Of a stretch of 64,000 bases of DNA, positions 1-12,823 are shown in pieces. The notes beneath the pieces are model-generated. The model was not told the DNA's origin. It ran no database searches and saw only the letters and a list, made by a program, of their open reading frames with translations. Made by a program: the position numbers and the translations under genes. Numbering within the stretch: the stretch's first letter is position 1; each line of letters begins with the position of its first letter. Source of the DNA: Pseudovirgaria hyperparasitica (taxonomy: Eukaryota); NCBI GenBank assembly GCA_010093815.1, contig ML996587.1. One strand, given 5' to 3'.

Positions 1-2527
1 TAGCTTAGATAGTATAAGCTCTATATAAAGTTATCTAAATATAAGTTCTACTAATAAGAAGTTATATTTCTTAGCTTTATTATAATATATAGTAGTCTAA
101 AAATAGAGCTAGAGCGTATAAAGACTATTATAGAATAGCTAGAATCTACTACTATATATTAAATTAGAATATTTATAGGTTTTATAAACTATTATTATAA
201 ATTTATTATAGACTTCTTATAAATTATAGTACTACTTAATAAACTTACTAAGAATAGTAGTAAAATCTCTATAGATAGGCGAGTATAGTATAAAGCTATA
301 TATTCTAATTATTAAAGAATTACTTTATAACTATACTAATTCTTAGGTATTTTAATTCTAAGAAGTATATTTAGGTTAAAACTAATATATTAGAATTTAT
401 AATTACTAGAATTATTAGTTAACCGTATAAAGATATAAAAGATAAGGTATAATAGTACCTAGTTACCTTCTTTTTCTATAAAATAGTAGATATAGAGACG
501 CGTTATAATATATATAACTAGAAACTACTTATAATTATTAAGAGTTTTAAGTAATAGTAATATTATTTAGAAGGTTCTATATATTAGATCAAATTATTAT
601 CGGATTATATAAATCTATATTACTTTATATTAACTAAGATTCTTAATTACTAATAAGTATATTAGACTAAGTAGATATTAATATTTAACTTTAAAATCTT
701 ATATAAAGCTAGAAGAGAGAATAAAGCTAATCCTCTATTATAGTATAAAGATTATAAGAAATTATTATAGAATAATATAGATAGTTAGTATAATTTAGAC
801 TATACTATACTATAGATACTATAAGACTAGTTATCTAATAGAATACTAGAAGCTAGAATACTTTTAGTAATTCTCTATAGAAATTAGAGTAGGTATTAAG
901 TAATCTAAATAAATATCTAAGAAACTAAGAAAACCCTTAAAGACTTAATTAAATCTATCTAGAATTCTAATATATTAATAAAGAAAGTTATAAGTATAAA
1001 AGGAAGTACTATAGATCTACTATAGTTATTAAGGTAGAAATAATAATTAGATATAATCTACTTCTAAGACTAACTCTACGTACTAGAAGGCGGCTTATAA
1101 ATTAATATTTTAAGAGAATAGTATAATTATATATTAGTAGAATACTTTAGTATTATAAGAATAGTTAATTTAATCTAAAGAATATATAACTAGCTAGGTC
1201 TTTATAAATATATAAAGAACTATATAAAAATATATAACGTTTACTAGTATATAAAAGTATATAGATACTTACTATATAGTAAATTAAGGCTATTATCTAT
1301 ACTAAAGAAGATATAGAAGGAATTATTAATAGATTTTATTATAGATCTACCCCTAAGTAAGTATTTTAGATATATTTATAATAGTTTACTTATAGTTCTA
1401 GATAGATTTATAAAGATATTATACTATATCTCTATAAGAAAGATAATCTAAGTACTAGATCTTATAGATATACTACTCTATAATATAGTTTAGCTTTATA
1501 GTATACTAAATAGTATAGTTTTAGATAGAGGTCTATAGATAATATCTAAATTTTAGAAGAACTTCTACTATATACTAGGAATTAAGTAGAAACTTAGTAC
1601 TATATTCTATCTATAAATAGATAGATAGATAGAGTAGTAGAATTAGATAGTTAAGATATATTTATATATATATTATAACTATAAATAGAATAACTAGATA
1701 AGGTTAGTCTATATTCCGGAATTTATATATAATAATAGCCAATATATATTAATCTATATAAGTCCGTTTAAAGTAAACTTTAGTTAAAACTATAATATAT
1801 AGTTCTTAGAGACTTAGTTTAAAATAGAATAACCTAATATTAAAGTAATAGAAATTACTATAGAACTATTCTAAATATAAAGAAGTATTATAAAGTTACT
1901 ATAAGATACTATAGACTATAGTAAATTATACTATAATAAGAGTAGAAAACCTATAATCTTTAATATTAGAGATAAAGTTTTACTAAATAGTAAGAATATT
2001 TATAGTATTAGACTAAAGCAGAAGCTTAACTATATAATAATAGATCTATATAAGATTACTTATATAATTAATAACTAGGTATATAAGTTAAAACTTCCTT
2101 CTATATTAAAGATTTATAATATATTTTATATTATACTTCTTAAGCTATTTTATATCTTATTATTACTAGATTATTCTAAATAGATACTATATAAAGTAGT
2201 TATATAAGAAGGTATAGATATCTATAAAGTTAAGTAGATACTTAGCTAATAATATACTAAAGATAATATATAGCTATATAAAATTTATTAGAAAGGATAT
2301 AATTCTAATAAAGATACTTAGAAACCTATAGTAAATATTAGTAAAGTAGTAATATTAGTATATAAGTAGTAATTAGTAAAGAAGGCCGTAGAATTATAGA
2401 GAATTATACTAAAGTATAATAATTTAATATTTTTTAGTATAGTTTAGTACTAAAGATAGCTATCTAAAAGAAAGAAGATAAAAGAAATATAGATCTTTAA
2501 AATATTCTAAGAAATTAATAAAACTTC

Positions 2528-2654
2528 CTTAGAAAGTTTAAACTTAGAACTCTCTTAGAAAGTTTAAACTTAGAACTCCCTTAGAAAGTTTAAACTTAGA
2601 ACCCCCTTAGAAAGTTTAAACTTAGAACCCCCTTAGAAAGTTTCAACTTAGAAC
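2528..2654 (+). repeat. 26-bp tandem repeat (5 copies) in the family A 3' region
   Basis: Unit CTTAGAAAGTTTAAACTTAGAACYCY starts at 2528, 2554, 2580, 2606 and 2632. Confidence 0.92.
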
Positions 2655-4417
2655 TTTAAAAATTTAACTAAAAAAGAGTCTTAGAAAAATAATTTACTAA
2701 GAGAAATAGATATTAAAAATCGGTACTAATTAGTATAGATTAGTATAGATTACTAAAGAGATTAAAGAAGTTATTATTAAAGAAAGATAAAATTAAGAAA
2801 ACTAGAAAAAAATATAGAGATCTATATAAATCTATATAAACTTATACTAATCTATCTAGAAGAAGTAAGATTACTTTAAAATTAAAACTAAAAACTAAAA
2901 ATACTAGATAAAAGAAATATATTAGTACTAATTAGTATAGATCTAAACTAATTAAGTTAGAATAGAAGTGGAAGAACTAATTACTATAATAACTATATCT
3001 AATTTCTTCCGCTAATTCTTAGTTAATATAGTATAGAGCTTTATAATATAGGTCTCTAGCCTATTATTCTAATACTATAAACCCTATATAGTATATCTTA
3101 TAACTATAAACTTCTCTATAGAAATCTATAGAGTAGTAGAAACTAGAGTAGAGAGAGATAGACTAGTATAGATATACTAAGAATTATATAAATTAGTAAA
3201 AAGATTCAATAATTAGTATAGAACTATATACCTTTAGTATAGAAACTTCTAGATTAGAGCTATCTTCTCTAAATTTATAGCTCTTAGATATATATAAGAA
3301 AGGAATCTTAGTCTTTTTACTAGAACCTTTTCTAGAAATCTTAATATTACTAGTATATAGAAAGAAGTCTAAAGTAGTAGAGATCTTAATACTATTATAG
3401 AGATTAATATATATTAGTAAGAATCTATAATAATTTAAGAAAAATAATATTACCTAGTAATTATAGTAATAATATCTATAGTAGATTCTAATAAATCTTC
3501 GCGGATTATATTAGAATTATACTTCTAGATATACTTCTTACTATAGATATATAACTTATAGAAAGTCTTCTCTAAGATATTATAATTAGTAGTACTATAC
3601 TTCTTATTAGTAGAGGTTACTAGAGGCCTAGTAGTAATTTATACTAATATAAGTAAATCTATATAAAGTTTCTTAAACTTATTTAAATACCTATAAATAA
3701 TAACGCTTCTTAGTTATATAAGTACTATAAGTTATAGAATTAGTACTACTATAAGTAGTATATAATAGAAAGTAATAACTATAATAATATATAGCTAGAT
3801 TATTAGAGCCTAGCCTAGGTTAGAGTAGATTAATAGCTTTTAATATGTTAGTAATATATATAAGATAAGAATTATTTAAAGGTATCTATTTCTATACTAA
3901 TTACTTCTAAGTATTAAGATTTTAGAAAACTATATTATAATTACTACTAATTTATATAGATTCTTATAGATTATTATTATTATTAGCTAAGTATACTATA
4001 AAATTAGTAAGCTATATAAATTATAGTAAATTATAGTAAATCTATATAAATCTATATCTATAAGAATTAAATAATATATCTAATAATCTAAAAAACTCTA
4101 TAATAAGTTATAAAGTTTTTTAAGAAAAGGAATATTTCTAAGGAAAGATTTTAATATAGATAGTATCTAGACTTATCTAATTATATTATATAATATACTA
4201 GGTCTAATTAGATAATTCTACCTATATAAGAATTTAGAATAGATAAAATCTAGTTTATTAGAAAAATACTTATATAATTTTTAGATTAGCTAATATCTAT
4301 ATATATCTAAGATAAAGTATAGAGAATAACTAAGGTCTTATAAGACTTAGAATAGAAATATAGAAATAGATAATAATCTAGGTTACTAAGGGTAGCTCTC
4401 TAAAGAGAGGGGATACT

Positions 4418-4645
4418 TATTAGAACTTAGCTTTAGATATAATCTAATCTATATATACCTTAGCTAATATAGTTAGAAGATAGTATAAAGGGTAGTAAAC
4501 GGTTATATACTAAATAGATTAGTATCTCTTTATATATATACTCTTAGATTCCTACTAAAAGACTTTAATAGTAATTTATTCTATAATAGAATATACTCTA
4601 TTATTCTATCTAACTATACTACTATCTAATAACTCTATTCTTATA
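4418..4645 (+). repeat. Family A 3' LTR (228 bp)
   Basis: Matches the LTRs at 12824, 31522, 41634 and 48790. Termini TATTAG...CTTATA are RIP-mutated TGTTAG...CTTACA. Confidence 0.93.
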
Positions 4646-7315
4646 TATAGTCTCTAGGCTTTGTATCTACTTTTATATATATAAGGTATATCTCTTATAT
4701 CTAGAGGCTTATATATTTAGTATAGTATATATTTATCTCTTAGGTCTTAGAAGTCTTAAAGAAGAACTTATATAGCTCTATCTATAGCTAGGCTATTAGA
4801 TATATTAACTATAGAGAGATCTAGAATTAGTAATCCTAGGTTCTCCCTATATTTCTCCTAGTTAGTATCTTTCTAGAGCTATCTTCTCTACTATTTATTA
4901 GATATATAGATATCTATTATAGTCTCTATATACTTATAGTTAGAGTCTATCTATATCTTACTTAGATAGTAGTATTATACTCTATAGCTTATATATTCCG
5001 TAGTAAGAGTAAGGTTAAGTATAGATCTCTCTTTATTCTATTTATATTTTCTCTATATAACTTATCTAACTAGTATAAGAAGGTATAGAAGGTTATAGTA
5101 TCTTATATATAGTTCTCTTACCTAGAGTTCTTCTCTTATAACTATTAGATCTCTCTACTATCTATAGTAGAGATTAAAGTTATCTAGAAGAATATATTAT
5201 TCTAGTATTATAATATCTTCTAGTATAGTATCTAGTATAAGTAATTCTCTCTAGTTATAGATATTATAGTTATAGAAAGACTCTATATTTATCTAGAGGT
5301 ATAATATTATCTAGAGATTATCTTATTCTATATAAAATATTCTAAGAGTAGAATTTATTTATATATATAGAATAGAACTCTTCTACCCGGGCCTAGAGAG
5401 TAGATAGTATAGTATTCTAGATATATTATTAGTTTATTAGTTTAGTAGTATTTATATAGCTTCTAAATAGCTATTATTATAGTATCTATCTCTTCTAGAA
5501 GTATAGTCTAGTTCTCTTATTTATATTATATATTTATCTATCTAATAATACGTATATCTTAGCTTCTTATTAGATACTAGAGAATACTTAAGTCTATATC
5601 CTAGTAGTATTAAGGTATAACTATCTCTATATAGTAGCTATCTTAAGAATATTCTAGGGTCAACCTATCTTTCTCTATATAGTATACTATTATATATTAT
5701 TCTTACCCTTTTATAGATTAGTTAGTATAGTTATAGATAAGGTTAGAGTAGATAGTAGAGGCCTTATAGTCTAGTATATCTACTACGCTTCTCTTATCTT
5801 TATAGTATTAATATACTTAGTAACTTATTTATATTTTATATATATTACTAACTATAATAGATAGTTTCTATTATAGTTAGAGTACTTAGTAGTATCTTTA
5901 TTATATATATACTTACTCTAGACTTTATATAGATATTTTTAGATACTATAGTTCTATTAGTACTATCTATAGATAGTCTTCTAAGAGTATCTCTATTTAG
6001 TATATCTATATCTCTAATAGTGAAAGTATTAGATTATTATCTATACTCTATTCTATAGTTCTATTATAAATAGCTCTCTCTTAGCTAAGAAGTCTTCTTA
6101 TATAATCTAATAGATAATAATAGAGTCTTAGAGCTCTACTATTATAATAGAGTATTTTTTTAATTTTATCTTAATTCTCTATATATTCTTCTAGTATATT
6201 TATATAATCTTAATTCTAGAGTACTTCTAGTTATTAGATTACTCTATTTACTTAATATTATTAGTACTAATAATATATCTCTAGATAGAGACTATATATA
6301 TCTATATTAGATATATATTAGTATAAATAGATATACTAGAGAAGATATTATTAATTATATTTAGATTATAGAAGATAGTCTACTAGACTATATTAGTAGT
6401 AGTAGTTAGTACTATATCTTCTAGAGTAAGTTTAGCTATAACTATATTTAACTATATCTCTTTTTATTTATTAATCTTATTAATAATATTCTTTAGAGAT
6501 ATCTTCTAGATCTATATAAGAACTTTCTTATTCTAGATAATAATCTATATATTATATATTTCTTCTATAGATATTCTTAGTATTTAAGTTATTCTAGCTA
6601 TACTATCTAATAGTACTATAACTTATATCTAAGTAGCTAGGTATTTTTTCTAGGTAAGACCTTCCTAGATTCTTAGTAGACTAGCCTTAATCTAGTCTAA
6701 TCTAGATTCTAGACTTACTTCTAGTATTTATTTTACTTCTATAATAAGCTTCTTAATATTCTAGACTAGACTTTAGAAGATATTAAGAAGGGTAGTCTCT
6801 TCTTTCTTAATTTTTCTCTCTATATATACTATCTAGTAGTTAATTTTATCTAGAAGAGTATCTCTAGCTAGAGTCTCTTTCTTTTTCTTTATCTATAGTA
6901 TTCTATACTCTTAGTTATTTATTATCTTTTAGATAGGGGTTTTACTATTCTAGAATATTCTACTATATAGCTATTTCTACTATACTAGTATTAGAGATAT
7001 ATCTAGCGGAAGCTAGGGTATATTAGTATCTAAGGCCTCTATAGTTATTAGTTAAGGGCTATTCTTAACTTATAAAAGGGGGTTAGTATATTACTATTTA
7101 GTAGTAGTAGTCTATACTTATATCTTTAAAGAGTTTTTAAGTATATATATATATAGTATCTCTATATAATAGTATTATTATATTCTATATACTATATATA
7201 TATATATATATATTAGAGGTTATTATACTCGGTATACTCTATTAATTAATATATATAGATTACTATATTACCCTAAGTTAACTAGTTTAGTCTCTTAGTA
7301 TATAAAGAAGTTTTT
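4646..7315 (-). mobile_element. Tad1-like LINE, 5' half (5' UTR, ORF1, endonuclease part of ORF2), interrupted by Gypsy A
   Basis: Colinear with ~59940-62585 and ends in the same 5' terminus (...GAAGTTTTT). Confidence 0.88.
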
Positions 7316-8328
7316 CTTAGTAAATATATTCTAGTTATAGATATTCTTAGAATATTTAATCTAGTATAGTATCTAATATTCTAAAGGTATTAGATTAAGA
7401 TAGTTTTAAGTAAATCTAATTTTATTACTATTATTTATAAATAGATAAAAGAATTAGCTATATTAGTAAGTCTATATATAGAAACTCTTTCTACTTTTAC
7501 TATTAAAGTAAGGTAGTTTCTTAGATTAAGATAATTAAGATAGTAATAGACTAGAATAGACTATTTTAGTTAGTATAGATCTATATAGATATAAATTAGT
7601 TATTATTAGAACTAAAGTATATAATATAGCTTTAGATCTAATAGTATATTCTTAAGCTTTATTAAGTTTATATAGATATTACTTAAGTTAAGTCTAATAT
7701 TATCTCTCTTTATATAGTTTAGTATATATATTATTATAGAATATAGTTAATATTAGATAGTTCTACTAAATTAACTTATTAATATTAATAGGGTCTAGTC
7801 TTATACTAAGATAGAGTCTATTATAGTTTAAACTAGACTAAGATAAAGTATAGTAGACTCTATCTTTATAATCTATAATATCTTCTAGAGTTATATAGAG
7901 TATTATATAAGATACTAGTATAATAGTCTATAGAGTATATCTATTAGTAGAGATAGTTATAGATATACTATTCTCTTTATTTAGATTAGAAGAAGGTCTA
8001 CTATAAGAGATAGTACTATAAGTATTATAGTAAGTAGTAGAAGCTATCTCTATAAGCTACTATTATACTATATAAGAGAGAAATTAAAATATAAGAATTA
8101 TAGATATAGAATAGTAGTCTAATAGATTATAGAGAAATTTATAAGTATAATTAAGAATAGTCTACTCTTATAATATTATTAATTTCTAAGGAGTAGAAAT
8201 TAGATTTATATAGTCTACTTATATAGTAGTCTTACTTAATCTAGCTAACTTAACCTAGGTCTATTAGTTATAAGACTATATTAGACTATAGTAGTTTAGT
8301 TAAGTCTATCTTAGTATCTATTCTAATA
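7316..8328 (-). mobile_element. Gypsy family B-related (B2) fragment: 5' LTR (~8090-8328) and start of gag
   Basis: Colinear with ~39020-40038 of family B and with the reverse complement of 55903-56930. Confidence 0.85.
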
Positions 8329-9072
8329 CTTTAGCTTTATTTTATTTTAAGTATTATATAATAGAGCTAGAATAGATAGAACTAGTATAGGGATATTATA
8401 TAATCTTACTTAAAACTATACTTATACTATTATTTATATAGGTCTTTCTCTACTTCTTAAGTTAAATTATAATATATCTTAATTACTATTATAGTAATAC
8501 CTTAGTTATATCTATTATAATATTAGTAATCTACTAATAAGATAATAAGATTATCTAAAAGAAACTATAAAATATATAATATAAATAGAGAAGTCCTTAG
8601 CTACTAATATTAGTCTTATAGTAGATTACCTAAGATAAGATATTTATAAGAATATAAAGCTAAGACTAGCTAAGTTCTATATATAAGACTATTAAGAATA
8701 ATAGCTATCTTTTTTAAACTAGATACTATATTAAATATAGAATTAATATAGATAGTAGTAACTAACTAGTTAGTATATTTATATAACTAACTATATTAGT
8801 AGATAGAAATAATATTCTTTATAACTAACTTAACTTAAATTATTAAGGAATTTAATAAATACCCTCTATATCTATATATACTATCTAAGAATAAAATAAT
8901 AGTAATATAGATATAGACTTATAGATATAATCTATAGCTATATACTTAAGAAAATATAAAGGTTTAATAAGATATAATTATTAGAATAAGAGAGTTTTTC
9001 TCTCTTAGATTTCTTCTTATATAGTAGCTTAGACTAGAGAAGATATAGATCTATAGAGTACTACTCTATCTA
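8329..9072 (+). mobile_element. 3' end of a chimeric retroposon: body related to the 22273-25863 element, tail of the Tad1-like LINE
   Basis: ~8605-8845 resembles ~24760-25020 (e.g. ACTAACTTAACTTAA). ~8850-9072 matches LINE 3' UTR 21060-21275. An (ATT)n tract follows the gap. Confidence 0.6.
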
Positions 9073-9254
9073 NNNNNNNNNNNNNNNNNNNNNNNNNNNN
9101 NNNNNNNNNNNNNNNNNNNNNNNNNNNNNNNNNNNNNNNNNNNNNNNNNNNNNNNNNNNNNNNNNNNNNNNNNNNNNNNNNNNNNNNNNNNNNNNNNNNN
9201 NNNNNNNNNNNNNNNNNNNNNNNNNNNNNNNNNNNNNNNNNNNNNNNNNNNNNN
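9073..9254. other. Assembly gap
   Basis: Run of N. Confidence 1.
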
Positions 9255-10283
9255 ATTATTATTATTATTATTATATAGAAGTCTATATATATAATAGAGA
9301 ATATCTACTTATATATATATAGAATAGAAATATCTTTAGTAGATTTCTTTTTATATTATAGCTTAGACTAGAGAAGATATAGTCTATAGAGTACTATTAC
9401 TATTATACTATACTTACTTTATAGTAGTTAGTATATATATTTAGTACTATACTAAGATTATATAGTTATTTAGAAGAGTAGCTTAGTAGATACTATAACT
9501 TAGTTTTTTAATAATACTAAGTCTTAATATAAAACTATATCTATACTATGGAGATCCGTCTAGTCGTATATTATTAGAGCGGATGTAATTAGCCAGCTCG
9601 TGCTTAGTGCTCCGTGTGGCTGTGCCCCTAAGGACATGTGGCGCTTTTTAATTTCTTGTGCCCTTTTTGCAACAAGTAACAATCACCGCGATCCGCAGCC
9701 ATATGTCGATTCATCGCCGTGTCTAACCTCTAGAATTGGGGCGTAAACAGTACATCATTAGTTCGTAAACTGCTGGTCCAACACCCGCATCGCGTTATCA
9801 ACTGGGAATATCTTGCTACGCCGCGGCTGTTCCATCTACCTCGTGCTTGTCCAGGTGGAGCTACAATGCACTGCCAGGCATCTTTCTTTCATTTTCAGAA
9901 CGTCTCATCCACTCGTTGAAGTGGTGTTCTGCGGGAAATGATCGAGCTGACCGCCTGGAACACCATGACATGGCGACTCTAAACCTTGAGTCGCGCTTCT
10001 CTTGACAGACGCTGTGGCACAAGACCACAAGGATCAGTCATCTCGATTCTCTATGGCAGCACGGGGACTACAGGCTTCAGCCACTCTTGCGAGATTTCGA
10101 AGAGCGTTCATTCGAATTCTCATGCGGCGTGAGAAGTATCTAAGCGCACTTCTCCAAGGCCTTGCGGTGGTTTAACCAGATGACGTGCATACTGTTGTGT
10201 GGCAAGGGTGTGAACTATATAGATATCTTGATTATCTGCTAATGATGTCCTTCCATACCCAACAGGAGTTTACATCAAGCCTG

Positions 10284-11968
10284 ATGAGTTCCCTGTTGAC
10301 AACAGGTATCACTCGCGGGCTGGCGAATATGGCAGTCACTACGCGATCTCAGGCTCAACGACAACCCGAACATGCGGGGGCAAGAGCTACGGAATTACGA
10401 ATTACGACATCTATTCCTGTATCATCCATGAGTCAGGACACAAGGGTAATCGTAGTTGAAGACACTAACCAGGAAACTGACGAGCACGATGAGCACGATG
10501 AGCACGATGAGCACGATGAGCACGATGAGCACGATGAGCACGATGAGCACGATGAGCACGATGAGCACGATGAGCACGATGAGCACGATGAGCACGACGA
10601 GCACGACGAGCACGACGAGCACGATTCGAGCGACCCGGACAACTCTGACGATGAAGTAAAGAGTGAAATGGATCGACGAATGATCACAAGCCACTACACT
10701 GGTCTCAAATACGACGTCTCAGATCTCAGTAGTGAAGGATACACACGAATAGCCCAGGCGTTAAACCCAAGCCCGCGGCCTGACCAGACTTACATGTCGT
10801 ACTGCGAGCAGGTCCAACTTCATGATGGAGGGGGTAATAGGCTTGGGTTTCATATCAATGATGCGAATGTTGTTGTCATCGGTGAGCCTGGATCAGTCTC
10901 CGAAATTCCTCGCTGTACCTGCGGTATGGCAAATGCAGGCGAAGCATGCAGGGTAAGTGAAACGCCACAACTTACCCGCAGCCTTATGAGCTCTGAATAG
11001 TAACATAACCATAGCACATCTTCTGGCTCGAGGACCAACTGCTTGCAGCTTGTGGCGCACCAACGCACACTGCTCTCAAACTCGACTCGGAAGGCTTGCG
11101 GATCTGGGCGGCCACCCTAGCTAAGATATTGAAGAGCAGACAGAAAAGCCTCGACGACGTTGTGAAAGACAGGCAGTGGGCACTGAAAGACAAGCCTAGT
11201 AGAGCGGACATCGAGGACATGATTGCAGTCTTCGAGCCGCCTGAGTCCCCGTCTCCATCTCGACAGAACTATATCAAAAAGTTTAAGGAGTTTGGGAACA
11301 TGGTGATTGATCATTATGAAAAAGACCACACCCTCGGGATCAGACTCCAACGTATTATCGATCCTGCTTTTCAAGCTGACGCTTTCTTCGACAGAATGTA
11401 TGCTAGGGCCTATCAAACTCTTGCGAAGCTTGATCGACATGTTGAGAGCGGTGCTACTGGCGATGACTTCGAAGCGGATCCTATACAGTCTGCGTTGGCA
11501 CTCGACAGTATCGTCAAGGATATAGATAAACGTCTAATAGCGTGTGTCGACGGACAGGCTATGGTCCAGCCCGCTGTCAATGGGATCGGGACCCTGATTC
11601 GCATCCTCGACGACATTGCTCACCGCAACCGGAATGCTTATGCGGAAAGCGCGGTACATACAATCCGCCAAGCGAGTCCAAACGCTAAGAACAACCTATA
11701 CCAAATTTTAATAGGTACGTCTGATGGAGGCCAGCCGCAGCGTAGTGAACTCTTCATCGTCGATGTGATTTGGAGACAAGCATACCCGCGGCCAGAGCTT
11801 CTGCGGGACCATGTGGAGAGTCTCGAACGTGTCACATTGACGATTCGTCGGAACGGAGCTCCAGCCGCATTCATTGGTAGACTCGAGGACCTGAAATCAC
11901 GTAGAAGGGGTGCGCCAGAGCCAGCTGGAGGAAGTTTGAAGCGAAAAAAATATATAAGTCAAGTGTGA
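10284..11968 (+). CDS. SWIM-type zinc-finger protein, 2 exons: 10284-10952 and 11015-11968 (~540 aa; alternative start 10329, ~525 aa)
   Basis: A 62-nt intron, GTAAGT (10953)...AGTAAC branch-like...CATAG (11014), joins the two long ORFs in frame and creates C-T-C-G-M-A-N-A-G-E-A-C-R|H-I-F-W-L (CxC-x8-CxH, the SWIM pattern). The protein has an acidic N-terminal tract and a basic C-terminus (RRR...KRKK). Base composition is normal with no RIP signature. The start codon is uncertain. Confidence 0.88.
10479..10625 (+). repeat. Coding 9-bp tandem repeat, 16 units, encoding (Asp-Glu-His)16
   Basis: GACGAGCAC x1, GATGAGCAC x12, GACGAGCAC x3, then GAT. Confidence 0.97.
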
Positions 11969-12382
11969 GTGGCCTCCAGGAGAACTTTGGAGGAAGCACT
12001 GTGGATATACGGGCGACCACGATGTTTAAATACGGACCGGCTGTCTGAAGTATGTTTATGTACGATCTTGCTTGTTTTCCTAAAGCACTTCTTCCGCTTT
12101 TCCTACTTTTTCTAGAAGTATATATCATCGTGTCCGCCGACCATAGACAAAGTAGGTAGGTTCCTTAGATTTTTCGAACTCTAAATCTAACATGAACGGG
12201 CATAAGACCACTTTAGCTTTCCGAAAGCCATTTATAAGTAGTATGTAGAATAATTAGATAGATACTTCTTTCTCTAGACTTTCTTTATAGTTCTAAAATA
12301 ATTAATTTTAATCTTTATATCTAATTATTTACTACTTTATATTTACTATCTTATTAAAATCGATACTTTATTAATAAAGCTT

Positions 12383-12823
12383 AAAAAAACTTCTTATACT
12401 CTAAGGGACTAAAACTAGTTAATTTAGAGTAATATAGTAATTAATATATATTAATTAAGAGAGTATACTAAGTATAATAACCTCTAATATATATATATAT
12501 ATATAGTATATAATGTATAATAGTACTAATATATAAAGATACTATATATATATATATACTTAAAGACTCCTTAGAGATATAAGTATAGACTACTACTAAT
12601 AAATATTAATATTCAAACTCTCTTTTTATTAGTTAAGGATAGTTCTTAACTAATAGTTATAAAGACCTTAGATACTAATATACTCTAGCTTCTACTAGAT
12701 ATATCTCTACTACTAGTATAATAGAAATAGCTATATAGTAGTATATTCTAGAATAACTAAACTTCTATCTAAAAACTAAAGAATAGTTAAGAGTAAGATA
12801 TACTATAGATAACTAGAATAGAG
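12383..12823 (+). mobile_element. Tad1-like LINE 5' end fragment, interrupted by Gypsy A
   Basis: Starts with AAAAAAACTTCTTATAC (the LINE 5' terminus, cf. 62566-62585 reverse) and is colinear with 16030-16450. Confidence 0.85.

Larger units (their letters stand above)
1..4645 (+). mobile_element. Ty3/Gypsy chromovirus family A, 3' part (RT end, RNase H, integrase, chromodomain, 3' region, 3' LTR), heavily RIP-mutated
   Basis: Colinear with the reverse complement of the better-preserved copy at 41634-49017. Chromodomain relic near 2210-2340. Purine tract AAAGAGAGGGGA precedes the LTR at 4418. The 5' part lies upstream of the window. Confidence 0.93.

Noticed and set aside
10422..10694. Alternative-frame ORFs with (VLI)n, (SSC)n and (STM)n repeats
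   Set aside because: These are by-products of the stop-free 9-bp repeat inside the real CDS.
10185..11968. Two separate genes (271 aa and 290 aa ORFs in the track)
   Set aside because: They start at GTG/TTG and are joined by a canonical 62-nt intron that builds the SWIM motif, so they are one gene.
10850..12128. Short overlapping or antisense ORFs across the SWIM gene
   Set aside because: They are shadows of a GC-balanced coding region with no independent motifs.
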